DNA of 64,000 nucleotides from the human T2T-CHM13v2.0 reference genome, Homo sapiens: the NCBI RefSeq assembly GCF_009914755.1, contig NC_060937.1. One strand, 5' to 3'. This document shows positions 15,343 to 29,817 of the stretch, piece after piece (positions within the stretch are counted from its first letter, which is position 1; each line of letters starts with the position of its first letter). The notes beneath the pieces were generated by a model. That model worked only from the letters and a program-made list of their open reading frames with translations, made no database searches and was not told the DNA's origin. Both the position numbers and the translations under genes were made by a program.

Positions 15343-15819
15343 TGCAAAGCCCCTCGAGGACTATCCTCAGGAGTATTTGGCCAGAGTTGGTCACATGCCC
15401 GTGAATCAATCAATCCCTGGACAGGAGAAAAATGATGATAAGACCACGACTAGACCGATCATGATCCAACCCCATGGAGCCAGGGTGGGAAAGCTCTTTA
15501 GGGTGTAGATACACAAAGAATTTACACTAAGACTAAATCTAAACTGGTGATTAAAATTATCAGATGTATGATCTAGAAAGATCCTCTGGTGTTATGGAGA
15601 TTGGGTTAAAAGCATGGGGTACACAGGTGATAAAGAAAAAAAAACCAGTGAAATGAGGAAGCCATGAGGAAGATTGAACCTGTACAACAGCATGGGAAAT
15701 AAAGAAGAAAAGACTGATATCAGAGAAAATGAGAAAGTAGAATCAACAATATTATGTGAGAAATTTACATGGGAAAGAAAAGGAAATTAAATGCTATAAT
15801 TGGACTCCCAGGATTCTTT

Positions 15820-16680
15820 GAACTTCTGCTGCTCATTTTTTATTTCTTAAGTTAGACCTGATTAATTTTTATCCTTTCTTCTGTAACATGTATACAAAAA
15901 TTTGGGGATATAAATTTTATTATGTATGGTTTTAACTGTATCACACAAGTTTTTACATGTAGCATATTTATTACCAGTTTTAGGTGATTTCTAATTTCCA
16001 TTAAAATGTCTTTTATAATTCATATGTTATTTAAAGCTGCATATTTACATTTTCAAGTGTGTAGTACTTTTTAATTATCTTTTATTACTGGTTTTTACTG
16101 AGTTGTATTCTGTATAATAACATTGCTTAAGTCACATTGAGATTTATGGTGTAGTATGCTGCTGCTTTTCATAAATGAAAGGCTTAAATGTATATTTGAA
16201 AAAAATGTGTATTCTCTGATTGTTGTGTGCAGAATTCTATATATGTCCATTAGAACAAGATTGTTCATTGATTGCATTATTTAAATATTTTATATCCTCC
16301 CTAATTTTTCCTTCCTCTATCAATTACAATGAGAAGTGTTTTAAAATATTCCACTAAAACAATTGTTTCGTGAATGTCTTTGTTTTCCCAATTTTTACTG
16401 TATATGTGTTGAGGCTATGTTATGTACATAGTATGGAGTTACGTATTTTGGGTGAATTGAAGAAAACTTTATTATTATGCTTCATACCTCTTTATTCCTG
16501 AGAGCCTCTGTCATGTGATATTCTAATCTGTTTTGTTTAATTGATATTTGCCTAATAAATCTTTTTCTGTGTTCTTATTTTTCAAACTTTGTCCTCTATT
16601 CTAGGTTCAATTCCTGAAAATAACAACATACAGATGCATTTATTTTTCAATCTTCTGTGCCATTTTTTGCCTTTGAACAG
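15820..16680 (-). mobile_element. Old L1M fragment covering the ORF2 endonuclease region
   Basis: ORF remnant MDIYRILHTTIREYTFFSNIH resembles L1 [22 protein letters not shown]. Confidence 0.75.
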
Positions 16681-16785
16681 GTATAAATAAATTTAGAACG
16701 TTTTCAACAAAATAACTTTTTCTGAAATTTTAAACCTGAGAGAGAATTACCTGGGTTCCCTAAATTTTTATTCTTTGCTCTAGAC

Positions 16786-17123
16786 TTGCACTGTGCAGTA
16801 TGATAGCCACTGGCCACATAAGGCTTTTAAGCATTTGAAATGTAACTACTTAGAATTAAAATGTTCTTTCAAAATAGAATAAAATAAAAATGTTCTTTAA
16901 GCATAAAAACACACATTAGATTTTAAAGGCTTAGTACAACAACAAAAGAATAGAAAATATCTCATTAATATTTCCAGGCTAATTACATATTGAAATGATA
17001 ATATTTTGGATATATTGGGTTAAATAAAATATTGTTAAAATTAAATTCATCCAGCTATTAGAAAAATCAGGACTACAGATATGCCAACATTTGTTGCTCA
17101 CATTTTCCTATCAGACAGCATGG
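16786..17123 (+). mobile_element. MER33 (hAT-Charlie MITE)
   Basis: tagccactggccaca..., gaaatgataatattttggatatattgggttaaataaaatat; 8-bp hAT-type TSD ctctagac/ttctagac; strand nominal. Confidence 0.85.
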
Positions 17124-18283
17124 TTCTAGACAATCTTGACACCCAGATACATTCTTGCCTGTGGGTTCTGATGATAGAAAATAAATTACATGGAGAATAA
17201 ATTTGTATCATTATAATAAATCCTTCTTTTGTTGTTTAATATGGTTCAAGTAATTTTTATTACTTGCCATTGAAAGAGTCATTGCCAATATATTCACTAA
17301 AAAAGCATTTTTAGCATATCATTTCATCATATATTGATGCTGAATTTCTTACTATATGGGATCCTGAGATATGAGTTTTCTCTATAACTGAATCTAACAG
17401 ATAATGGCAAATCAAATTAAAACATCTCAGTAACATTTTTGCTAGATTCTGAAGCACAAAATTTTTGAAGTGGATCAATTTGTGGATGATTTGATTAAGA
17501 AGTTAACTTTCTCTTAAATTCAAGTACTTATAGGAATTCTCCTAAATGTTCCTAAGAAAAGAGGTTGAGAAACACAGTCTGTGATTGTGGGAACTGATAC
17601 CTAGTAAGTTCCACCCCAAACTCACTTTCCTGGAGATTCACAGTGGACATTCATATTACAGATTTTGCATTGTCTTGAAGAGGAAAAAAAAAAAATGTTA
17701 CCTTGATGGAATTCTCCAAGGTTCTGGAACTCATTTGACCTTAGAAACCTATTTTATGTTTTAAGAATAACAACTAAAATCTCAAATAAACTTGGAAAAT
17801 GTATCATGCTTAAATATTTTTAAGACTTCAATCATAAAGTAATAAAGAAAGCATTTTTAAAGAAGTTCTTAACTTTATTTTCAATGTAGTTAAGTCAGAT
17901 CTTTTGAACAACAAATATTCAGAGGTTAACATAAGCCATCATTATTTTATTGGCTGAAATTGTCAGTAAGTCACTTAATCTTATCAATAGTTGTTCAAAA
18001 GGTTTGTAGCTGAACTAATGAAAAAATGATGTGTTATCTTTTATATAAGAAAATAGAGATAATAACTCACTATTTGGACAGGAAAAAAATTGTTTTCCAC
18101 CTGTAGTGATGGAGATAAGCAAATTCATTTACCCTCCCTTTGCCCATGTGACAAGTGACAGACTTTGCTTTTACAGCTGGCAAAAGTTGGAGACAGGCAA
18201 AATTTACAGAAGCAGGGATAGAAATAAAACTATCATTTTTTTGAATTTTTGATTTTATAAGTGTTGTTTAATAATTGAAGGCT

Positions 18284-18626
<343 letters not shown>

Positions 18627-19194
18627 CTAGGTGTTGTGCTCTAGCTTGCCTACTTATTTTTTAATTTCTAATGCACCAGTGTACAACATAGCTGCAGAAC
18701 ATTTCAAAAATCATAATTATGATTGAGACCTAAATCCATATTTATATGATCAAGTGCTAATGTTTCTATTTAATTTTTTTCTTCCATTTACTGTTTTAAG
18801 CATTTGTTGCTGTGCATAGAGCATTTGGATGCCCACATATCTGATGGATGTCCCCCATTTGACACTAATTCCAGTATATAGGACCAAATTAAGACTTGCT
18901 TATATTCAGTTTTGTTCAAAAGAAAAACGTTTCACTTTGAAATTATTTTAGAATGTTATCAAATGTAATATTTTTAATTAAAACATTATAAATTAAAAAA
19001 TTGTTTAATTTTAAATAAATTTTGTTAGATCAATTTGGCAAATGCTGAATTCTTTAGGATGATAGGCAGCATTATAAAATAATAAAGAACATGTATCAAC
19101 TTGGATCAATTGAGGCTACTTTGGTTTTATCAGCCAAACCTCACACTACTTTCTGTCTCTAACATGGCAATTAGGAAGGATAACTACTATTTGT

Positions 19195-19350
19195 GAAGAG
19201 TTTTACTCACTTTATCATCATTAATTTACAAAGCAACTCTATGAGGTAGTTATTTCCATTCAGATAACAAACTTGACACTGAAAGGGTTTTAATACCTCC
19301 TCATGGAAACATAAATAGAGTGATGAGGTCAGGATGGTTGCAGGTCTATT
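19195..19350 (-). mobile_element. MIR fragment
   Basis: Degenerate MIR core: caactctatgaggtagttatttccatt..cagat. Confidence 0.5.
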
Positions 19351-19654
19351 TGCTCTATCTTTCCCACTTTTTTGTGCTAAACTTGTATTGTCACTGTCTG
19401 ATCTTTTGCTCTGAACCATAGTAGACCCAACCAAATACCACAGGGCCTACGTCCTACTTGACAACACATTTTTCTATAGAATAGGCATGTAATTTTGGGG
19501 CCAAAATCCAGAAGAAGAGGGAAGCCCAAGGTGCTAAGTGCAGCATTTGGACCACTTTTCCTTTAGAGGCATCTGAAAATTTTGGAGATTGTAAATGAGA
19601 GGCTGAAATTGAGAAGAGCTCTCATGAGACTCAAAAAGCAAAAGAATAACCAAC

Positions 19655-20226
19655 AATAGACAATCCAAAAAGGAAGTTAAAAAAATTCCATTTACAATTG
19701 CATCCAAAGGAATAAATACCTAGGTATAAATTTAACCAAGAAAGTAAAAGACTTATATATATAACACTTCAAAACATTACTGAAAGAAATTAAAGACCTG
19801 AATAAATGGAAAAGCATCTAATGTTCATGGATTAGAAGACAATATTGTTAAGAAGTCTATACTACCCAAAGCAATCCGCAGATTCAACGCAATGCCTATC
19901 AAAATTCCAATGGTCTTTTTTGCACAAATAGAAAAGATGATTTTCAGATTCAGAGGGAATTGCAAGGGGATTCAAATGGCTAAAACATTCTTGGAAAAAA
20001 AACACAAAGTTGGAGGGCCCACATTTCTCAATTTTGATAGATTCTTAGCTATGACATCAAAAGCACAAGCAACAAAAGAAGAAAATAGACAAATTGGACT
20101 TCATTAACACTTAAAACTTTTGTGCATAAAAGGACAGTAAAAAGAACATGAAAAGACATGCAAACCATGTATCTGATTAGGGTTTAGTATTCAGGATATA
20201 TTAAAAATGCTTACAACTCAACAACA
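19655..20226 (+). mobile_element. L1M ORF2 fragment with internal deletion
   Basis: ORF remnant [15 protein letters not shown] jumps to [12 protein letters not shown]. Confidence 0.85.
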
Positions 20227-20227
20227 T

Positions 20228-20744
20228 TCCCAATGACCCCCATCTTCTACTACTCTCACTCTTTTTAAATAACTTACTCTTAATTGTGCGTTGGACCTAC
20301 TGACCTGTGTATAATCAGTATAATATGTCAAGAGTGATGGGATGTGGCTTCCATTAAAAACTTTCATCTTGCTGGTATTCTCTCTCTATTGCCTGCTTGG
20401 TTTGCATGCTTTGATGAAACAAGATGCCATTCTGGAGAGGCCTATATGGCAAGAAAGTGAGGTCAGCCTTCGTCCAACAATCATTGAGAAACTGAATCCT
20501 GCCAACAACCACAGGAGCAAACTTGGAAGTATACAATATTGCTCCCCAGTGGAGCCTTGAAATAACTACAGCCCCGGCTGATACCTTCACTGAAGCCCAC
20601 AAGAGACCATGAACCAAAGGACTCAGCTAAAACATGCCCAAATTCCTGACCTGCAGAAAGAGTGAATTAATCAACATTGTTGCTTAAGCCACTAAGTTTT
20701 GTAGTAATTTGTAATTTGTTAGGCAGCAATAGACAGCTAATACA
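20228..20744 (+). mobile_element. MLT1 (F/G-like) MaLR LTR
   Basis: gaaactgaatcctgccaacaaccac, cttaagccactaagtttt...gcagcaatagacagctaataca terminus. Confidence 0.8.
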
Positions 20745-21922
20745 ATAGACTCATTCAAAACCCAGTAGAATTTTATTTCTTGAAATTGACAGTTTGATTC
20801 TAAAATATAAATAGTGATCCAATGGCAAGTATAGTCAAGACAGTTTTAAAGAACAACAAAGCTGGATAATTTATACCTCCAGATATTAAGACCTATTATA
20901 AAAATACAGAAGTATAACAATATGGAATTGGTACAAGGATAGACTAACTTATGAAACAGAATAAAGAGTCTAAAAATAGAGCCACATATATGCAGTACCC
21001 TGCTTTATGACATAGGTGACTTTGCAATGTAGAGGGAGAATGGATGATTTTTTTAATAAATTATTACTGGGTCAGTTGGGCACACACATGAAAAAACTTA
21101 ATTTGATATCTATCTCCATGTCGAATGCAGATATAAATGTGAAAGGTAGAACAATGACATCTTAGGCAAAAACGTCAGAGAATGTCTTAATGACCTCAGT
21201 GTAGGCAAAAATTTCTTAAACAGATACAAAAAGTGCTAAAGTGCTAACTTAAAAAAATAAAAATTTTTAATGTAAAGAACCTCGGTTCAAAAAAGTACAA
21301 TTAAGAGAGTTAAAGGCAACCCGGATAGGGGGAGAAAATATTTGGTATGCATATTCAACACAGGACTGAAGGACTCATATCTAGAATGCATTTTTTTAAA
21401 CATACAAATTAGTTAGAAAAGAGTTAAACCAAACTTTAAAAAGGGCAGGAAGCAAAAGGCTTGAATGGTGTTTCACAAAAGATGACATGTCAGTGGCCAA
21501 ATGTGCTCAATTGTATTAGTTGTCAGGGAAATATAATTTGCAAACAAAATGAGATTACTAGATATCACTACAATCTGCCTACATGGCTAAAACAAACAAA
21601 CAAAAAGGTTGATGAGGATGTGGAGCAACTGGAACTTCCATCTGCTGCTGGTGGAAGTATAAGCTACTACAATCATTTTGGAAAACTTATTAGCATCATC
21701 TAATAAATTAAACGTGCATATCCCACGACCCAGAAATTCCACTTCTAGGCATTTACTCAATGTGTAAAGTACCTGTGTGTTCACCAAAAGACACATATAA
21801 GAATTGATAGCAGTACTACTCGTGATAGCCAAAAATTGAAAATTACCCAAATGCTAATCAATAGAATTAATTTTAAAGAACATTTTTATATTTATACTGT
21901 GGAATACTGTTCAAAATTACTA

Positions 21923-22279
<357 letters not shown>

Positions 22280-22361
22280 TCAGAAGGAGGAAGTGGGTAA
22301 TGATGGAGAGGGCTGCTTGTAAAGCCCTGGTAATGTTTGTAAAGCCCTGGTAATGTTCTGG

Positions 22362-22905
22362 TGTGATGGTTAATTTTGAGTGTCAGCTTGATTGGATTGA
22401 AGGATGCAAAGTATTGTTCCTGGGTGTGTCTGTAAGGGTGTTGCCAAAGGAGATTAATATTTGAGTCAGTGGACTGGGAGAGGCAGATCCACCCTTAATC
22501 TGGGTGGGCACCATCCAATCAGCTGCCTACGTGACCAGAATAAAGCAGCCAAAAGAAAGTAGAAGAAGACCTTACTGAGTCTTCTGGCTTTCATCTTTCT
22601 CCCATGCTGGATGCTTCCTGCCCTTGAACATCAGACTCCAAGTTCTTCAGCTTTTGAACTCAGACTTACACCAGTAATTTGCCAGGTTCTCTCAGGCCTT
22701 CAGCCACAGACTGAAGGCTGCACTACTGGCTTCCCTACTTTTGAGATTTTGGGACTCAGACTGGCTTCCTTATTCCTCTGCTTGCAGACGGCCTATTGTG
22801 GGACTTCACCTTGTGATTGTGTGAGTCAATCTGCCTAATAAACTCCCCTTCATATACACATTTATCCTATTAGTTCTGTCCCTCTAGAGAACCCTGACTA
22901 ATACA
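22362..22905 (+). mobile_element. MLT2A (HERV-L) solo LTR
   Basis: tgtgatggttaat...cttgattggattgaaggatgcaaagtattg...gaaccctgactaataca; TSD tctgg/cctgg. Confidence 0.9.
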
Positions 22906-25624
22906 CCTGGCTAGTAGTTACATAGGTATGGTTACAGTGTGGCAACTCACTAAATAACTCATATATTTTATGATTTTTGTACTCCTCTTTATGCTATACT
23001 TCAATAAAAAAGTGAAGAAAACATTGTTCAAACAAAGAAAAAAATAGAAAACCTCTGATACCTGAGTTCGAATCACAGACATATTTAAAGATTCTTGCTT
23101 CCTTCTTGATATGTTGCTTACTTCCTATCATATTCTAGTATTCCCAAGATCTTAGCCCCCAATTTTACCTCCTATGTTGAGATTTCCAATTGCAGCCATT
23201 TTCACTCAGCCCTTAGCTTTTCTCCTGCTCCACTTACTACAATCATTTCCCTCATGATAACCAAAAACCGAAAATTACCCAAATGCTAATCAATAGAATA
23301 ACAGGGAATTACCCTGTTCCATGCAGGCCCAAATCTCCCAGTGGCATGGAACAACCTGGCTGGCCCTTTCCTCAAGGTGGAATCAGACATATTGACACCT
23401 TTCTGACTTACAAACCTCCTATCTGTCTAGCTCCTTCAGGAGACCACAAGCTCCCCTTCAAAAGAAGCCACGTTTTGCACATGTTCACATTTAGCAGAAT
23501 TCTTGGCCCAGAGCCTGGCAAGCAACAGACATTCAGCAAATGAGCAATGATGTTGCCTTGACAATGCATTTGCTGGAAAGTACACCAGTGTCAAAGAAAC
23601 AGAAGGGATGGCAGGAACGTGGCCAGGGGACACTTTTATGCCTCTTGTTCTTAACATAAGGAATTTTATTACATCTACCTGGAAGATTTTAATGTTTTGT
23701 TTTTGTTTCCTTTGATTTTGCCCTATACTTGACTTCAAATATCCCTCTCCTAAGTTCTAACTATGGTATTCTTTGCTATAATTGTCTGATTACCAGAGAG
23801 ATTAATAAGCTTTTTCAGTTTGCCTCATAAATCACAAATTTCTACAAGTGGGAGGTTTTCAAAAAAGAGGCAAACTCACATTGCTTAGTCACTCTATTGT
23901 CTACTTGAATCAGTTTTAGAATCTAACAGCACTTCATGTTCACAAGCATATAAAAGTATTGACTTTCTTTGAGATGAACATTATGTTCTAATGACCAAAA
24001 GTGATAAATATTGTATTGAATGAAAGTAAGACAAGCCCAGTATTTCAAAAGACTATAAATCTTTACGTTCTCCCAAATAAAAATGCACTGTTATTTTATT
24101 ACTAGAGAACAATTTGAAAGATTTAAACTACTAAAAGAACTAAGTAATATTAGTCTGGTAAAAGAACCTGGATATTAATGTACCCAGCAGAGTCTGTGGC
24201 TTGTAAGAGTTTATATTAAGGAAATATTTAGTGGGTGCCAGATTCAGTTTATGAACCAGGAGGAGAGGCCATAAGAGGATGCCCAATGCGAGAACTAGGT
24301 TGAGAATTCTAGGGAGGCTTCCAAGGACAGTAACTGCAGATTGTTTACCTGAGAAAGCAGACAAAGATATAGGCATTTTGGAGCCCAGGAAATAGTGACT
24401 GGTGTCATTCAATTAATTTTACTATGCAAATTCTTTTTCAGTAATACAGGCTGCATGACATCTTACCACCTACCACCTGAACTACTCGAAAGTTGAATTT
24501 AGCTAGTAGCCTCCATCCTATTTCACCCCACAACTTCCTTCCCTGCCTTTATGTCTTTAGCATTAGTGAAGAAAACCATATAAAAGTATGCATTGGGGCC
24601 TTCCTGAACCAATTATGTCTCATTTCAATTGGTGCCAATACAGTGCCAAGGGTGTGCTTGGTCAATTCCCTCTACAATTTCCTTCAGGGGACTTCCCAAA
24701 ATTCACAACTAATTTTGCAGAAAGATGGCCATCTTATTATCTTTAATTTTATGAAAAAAGGTAAAATATAAAATATCAGAATGACACCAGAGAAGAGCAG
24801 CCTCACTTTTCTTAATCCCAATTCAAAAAAAAAAAAAAAACTGTCTGGGAAGAATTCTCACTTGCAATCATACACACGTTTGAAGAAAGAAAGACTACTA
24901 TGTGATCGGCAGTTCTACTATAACAAAAAAAATTTTAAGTAGGAAAAGGAATTGGATCTCTCCAAAAAGAGAAAAAGCATGTTTTCCCAGAGAATACTAA
25001 AAATAGATTTGTTCCACAGTACATGTTGCAGAATTTGGCGGATAGAATTAAGCATACCTCTTCAACTGTCTCTGAGTTTAGAACTGATTGAGAGAGAAAT
25101 GCAGACAACAGATGGATAGGGGTTAAGCTACCTGTGTTATCGGTAATGCTGAATTGGAAGGAAGAGCTCAGATCTACAGTGGGTATCTATCTGCCTTATA
25201 CTTGGTCTTATGTCTAGATATTGAGATTACGCACCTGATGGAGAGTTTGAATCTTCAAAGCAGAAACATCCAAAATAACTGCCTTGCACCAACAAACCCC
25301 ACAGTGAGGCAGAGAGAAATGTTTCACGCAATGCCATTATCATTCGATGAATGGTGTTCAGGTGTAAAGACATTTACAAATAAATAAAATACGTCATTTA
25401 ATGAATATTTAATTTAATAAAATCTATACTTTCATAAACAAAAAAACATCTCTTATGTGTGAAGCACAGTTCTAAAGTGCTTGGCAAACATCAATGAATC
25501 AATCAAAGACTCCCTGTCCTGTGGAACTGACTTTCTAAAGGTAAACGGATATTGATATATATGAGAGAGACAGACCAAAACAAAGAGAGAAAGAACATAC
25601 TAGAGCCAAGGATTGTTAGGGCAT

Positions 25625-25983
25625 TGATATGGTTTGGCTCTGTGTCCCCACCCAAATCTCATCTCCAACTGTAATCCCCACGTATCGAGGGAGGGACTGG
25701 TGGGAGGTGATTGGATCATGGGGGTGGTTTCCCCCATGCTGTTCTCGTGGTAGCAAGGGAGTTCTCACGAGATCTGATGGTTTAAAAAGTGGCAGTTTTT
25801 CCTGTGCTCTCTCTCTCTACTGCCTTGATGTAAGACATGCCTAGCTTCCTCTTTGCCTTCCTTCATGATTCCTGAAGCCTCCCCAGCCATGCAGAACTGT
25901 GGATGTTAATTATACCTCCTTTCTTTATAAATTACCCAGTCTCAGGTAGTATCTTCATAGCAGTGTGAAAACGGGCTAATACA
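25625..25983 (+). mobile_element. MaLR solo LTR (THE1D/MSTA-like)
   Basis: tgatatggtttggctctgtgtccccacccaaatctc...ctaataca. Confidence 0.9.
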
Positions 25984-26184
25984 GGAGTAAAGATTAAAGA
26001 AATGGAGTAAAATAAACATGTAAAAAGCAAGAGAATTATGAGCTAGCAATGGAAAATAATAAATAAAGCTTGGGAAGAGAAAAGTTGGAGAATTTTACAT
26101 ATATTAGACCACTGGGAAAGGGAAACATTCAGCAAAGGGAACCAAGGAGCATAATTTCAAAAAGGAGTAGACAAAGCTTTGTTT

Positions 26185-26576
26185 TGTCTCATGGTTCAAC
26201 TATAGAAGTACATCCATTAGGAGATACATATTGACATTTATTGAAAGGAATTGGCTTACACACTTGCAGGAGCTGGCTAGGCAAGCCTAAAATCAATAGG
26301 GAAGGCTGGCAGGGAAGGCACTGGCTGGAGCTCCAGTCCACAGGTACAGTTCCTTTCTTCTCAGGGAAGCCTCAGCTCTCCTTTTAAGGTTTTTCAACTG
26401 ATTGAATCAGGCCCACCCAGATTATCTGGGATAATGCCTCTTTACTTAGAGTCAACTGATAATAAACTTTAATTACATCTATGAAATGCCTTCACAGCAA
26501 CACTTAGATTTTATATTTGATTGAATAGCTCAGATCTATAGTCTGGCAATGTTGACATGCAAAACTGTCCATCACA
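26185..26576 (-). mobile_element. Old MLT2 (D/E/F-like) ERVL LTR
   Basis: aggaattggcttacac, aggcccacccagattatc, gttgacat...ccatcaca terminus. Confidence 0.7.
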
Positions 26577-26879
26577 GGTATGAAAATCAAAAAAGAGGAT
26601 TTTGCTTCATCAATGACCATGAGAGAAATCGAGACAGCCTTGGGAATGAAACAATGACACTCACTCCTCAGCGAAGTGAAATTCCAGGCTGAGTAGTATA
26701 TGTCTACTGGGTCAAATGAAAATCTACTTGTCATATTTAGTGGGTTGGAGGTTATTACAAAACAAGAACCATAAAACCCACAAATCTACCATTAACTTTA
26801 TATAAACATAGTGTCTAGAGGCCAGTAGCATTTTTTCTATAGACATGTAGCCTCTACTTGCTGTTCCCAGATCACATCT

Positions 26880-27160
26880 TGGGTTTCTTGCCTTACTTCT
26901 TTTGCTGTGTTCTTTCTCTCGCTAAGAATGATCTTACTATGTCTGTCCCTATCCTGCCCACATACTGCAACCACCTTAACCTATCTTAATTCCTGCAGGA
27001 CCTACCACCTTCTAATTCTTATAGTATTCCTTGTGTGCATCCTATCCCCTCTACTAGACTGTAAGCTCTCTGAAGAGAGGCACCCATTCTTATATCTCAA
27101 GGAATATATTGCATATAGCTGAGAACCAAAATAAATTTGATGCATAAATGAATAACTGAG
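26880..27160 (+). mobile_element. L2 3' end
   Basis: cccctctactagactgtaagctctctgaag...aaataaatttgatgcataaatgaa. Confidence 0.6.
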
Positions 27161-27415
27161 AGAATTATATAAGTGATCCATTTTAAACAATGACTAAGAT
27201 TTCAGTACAAAAATTCAAAAAGCCTCTAAATAATTAATAGTAAGTCTCTTGACAATTCAAGAATTACATTTAAACTATTTTTAGGTTTGCAAAATGTCTT
27301 GCCTTCTTATGCAATATTAATGTTTCAACTGAATGACACAATTAATTTTTGACCAACCAAAGAAAAGACTGTAAAGTAAAAGTGCTATGAAATTAACTCA
27401 AAATAATGACTTCCT

Positions 27416-27677
27416 TAACTCAGGAATGGAAACCCAAACATCGTGTGTTCTCACTCATAAGCAGGAGCTAAGCTATGGGATGCAAAGACATAAGAATGAC
27501 ACAGTGGACTGTGGGCACTCAGGGAGAAAGGGGTGAGGGATAAAAGACTATAAACTGGATGCAGTGTATGCTGCTTGGGGTATGGACGCACCAAAATCTC
27601 ACAAATCACCACTAAAGAACTTACTCATGTAACCAAACACCACCTGCTCCCCAATAATCTATGAAAATTTAAAAAAA
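27416..27677 (+). mobile_element. L1PB-type 3' end
   Basis: taactcaggaatggaaacccaaacatcg...caccactaaagaacttactcatgtaacc plus A tail. Confidence 0.9.
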
Positions 27678-29269
27678 GACCTATTGTATACTTTTTAAAG
27701 AAATAAATATAACATTTTAAAGGAAAATTTGGTAGCTTTTAGCCATGCTATTGGTACATCACTAATATCCAAGTAAATAACATGATTTCTCATTAGTTAC
27801 CACTAAATCCATATTACATTTACTTTTTAATTGTCAAGTGTGCTTTCCAAATAGACATCAGTGGGCAACTTTATTGCAAATAGAACAAGTTTAATTTGAT
27901 TTTTCAAGAGAAAAGCACTTTATATTTGGTGTACTTTAGAAAAAGAAGAAAGATACCAGATGCCCTTCCATAGTGGCTTCCCTATGGGACTCCATATGGC
28001 CTGAAACTCTCACTCTTCAACTCATTGTTGGGACATACATACATAGCCACTGAATATTTTTACTGTTTTTTTTTTATAAAAGTAACGCATGCCCATTGTA
28101 GAAAATTTGGAAAACACATCACAGAGAAGAAGAGTCCGTTTACCTCTCATGACCAACTTTCTCTCTGTCCCACCCCTAATTTTACCCTCAGCCACAGTGC
28201 AAGACTTCCTTTTGCCCAAACACTGTTCTATCCCTTGTGAAAATGTTAACCATCAGGTCAAGCAAATCTTGCCTGACTACTTGAGAAATGACAGGAGTAA
28301 CCAGTACTGCTCCTAGCAGCTGTTACACTCAACGCCACGACTCTGAACCCACCCAAAGTCTCTCTATCTTTCTTCTGCAGGCTCTTCCAGCAGGTAGAAA
28401 GCAGCTCAGCTCCACACTAGAGACATTTCTAGACTTAAATCCAGATTTTATTCACTCAGGTTATATTAAATTCAATTTATATTCATACATAACTCTTGAT
28501 TAAGGGGGAAAAAAAATAGAAAGTTCCAAACTGTAGACAAACAATGGGAAGCCTGTGGGCCTGGCTGCTTAGAAGGATGGGCACATCTGAGTTGGGCAGG
28601 GGGAGGGAGGAAGGTGCAGTACAGGCAGCAGCAGCATTGGGAGGGAGCTGGGACCAGAATGCCAAAATTAAGCTGTCTGGGCAGGGAGGCAGGCTGCATG
28701 GGTAAGCACAGATTGAACAGCTGCGAGACTCTGCTTCATTATTTTGCCTGGGAATGGCCCTAAATGCCCTCATGCCTATATCTGGGCATCCCTATATTTT
28801 AGAACACAGAAATAGAAATTAAAAAAAAAAAAAAGATGCACCTGGGCAGATGGCCTTTTACAACATATCTCCTAGGCAGTTTCTTTTACTCACTGGGTCA
28901 GCAATCGGACTCAGCCCTGAGAAAAATGTGAGCATCTGAAGTGAACACCAGATTGAAAGTAAATGCTCCCCTGGGCCCCCACAGATTTTCAAAATGACTA
29001 TAAGGCTACATATCTCAAAATGGGAGAAACAAGAACAGCAGTTTTAAAAAATCAAACACTCCTTTTTTCCATATAACCCAGCATAGTTATAGGTGCCAGG
29101 ATTAAAGACTGAAACATCTTTTGGGATCATTATTCTGCTTACCACAGATGAGTTTAACTCATTGGTTCCCTACACATGAGCTAAAACTTTGGAATGATTT
29201 TACAGAAATGCTGAACCCATAGGTATCCCAAACTTTGTCTTTAAACTGAATAAATAACAACATGGGCAA

Positions 29270-29370
29270 CTGACACTTAATGAGCATTTAATATGTGCCG
29301 GCCACCATTCCTAAGCACTCCACATCTATTATCTCTTTTAACCCTCAAAGAACTGTATGAGGAGCTAACT
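29270..29370 (-). mobile_element. MIR fragment
   Basis: ttaatgagcatttaatatgtgcc...ctaagcact...tttaaccctca. Confidence 0.55.
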
Positions 29371-29817
29371 GTATGTCATAGTCTTTTTTTAAATATATAT
29401 AGATACAGTTATGATTGATAATATATTAATTCTTTCAAAAAGTGTATGAAAATCACAATAGATTTTTATTATGTAATTTCTCAATCAATAGATATTATGC
29501 TGAGGTAGGAACTTAAATTTGTACTGACATTTGAACTTGTCTTTGAAATTTTCTATAGGGGACATTTCTTTTTTCTATTTAAAATGTATTATTTAATATG
29601 TGATACATGAAAAATATATGTAACATATATGTAACTGATGAAGTAACACTATAAACTTATAACTGAAGATCTAGAACATTGCCGAGAGCTTGCATCTTTA
29701 TATGTGGTCCTTCCTTATATTATTAACCTGGCATCTCCCTGTTCCTACACCCACTCAGAGGTAATCATTACTCTTAATTGTTTATTATTTCTGTTTTAAA
29801 ATACATTGTAATGATAT

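Noticed and set aside
23294-23318. Resemblance to the I-SceI site (TAGGGATAACAGGGTAAT)
   Set aside because: Several mismatches and no vector sequence; better explained as a fold-back junction
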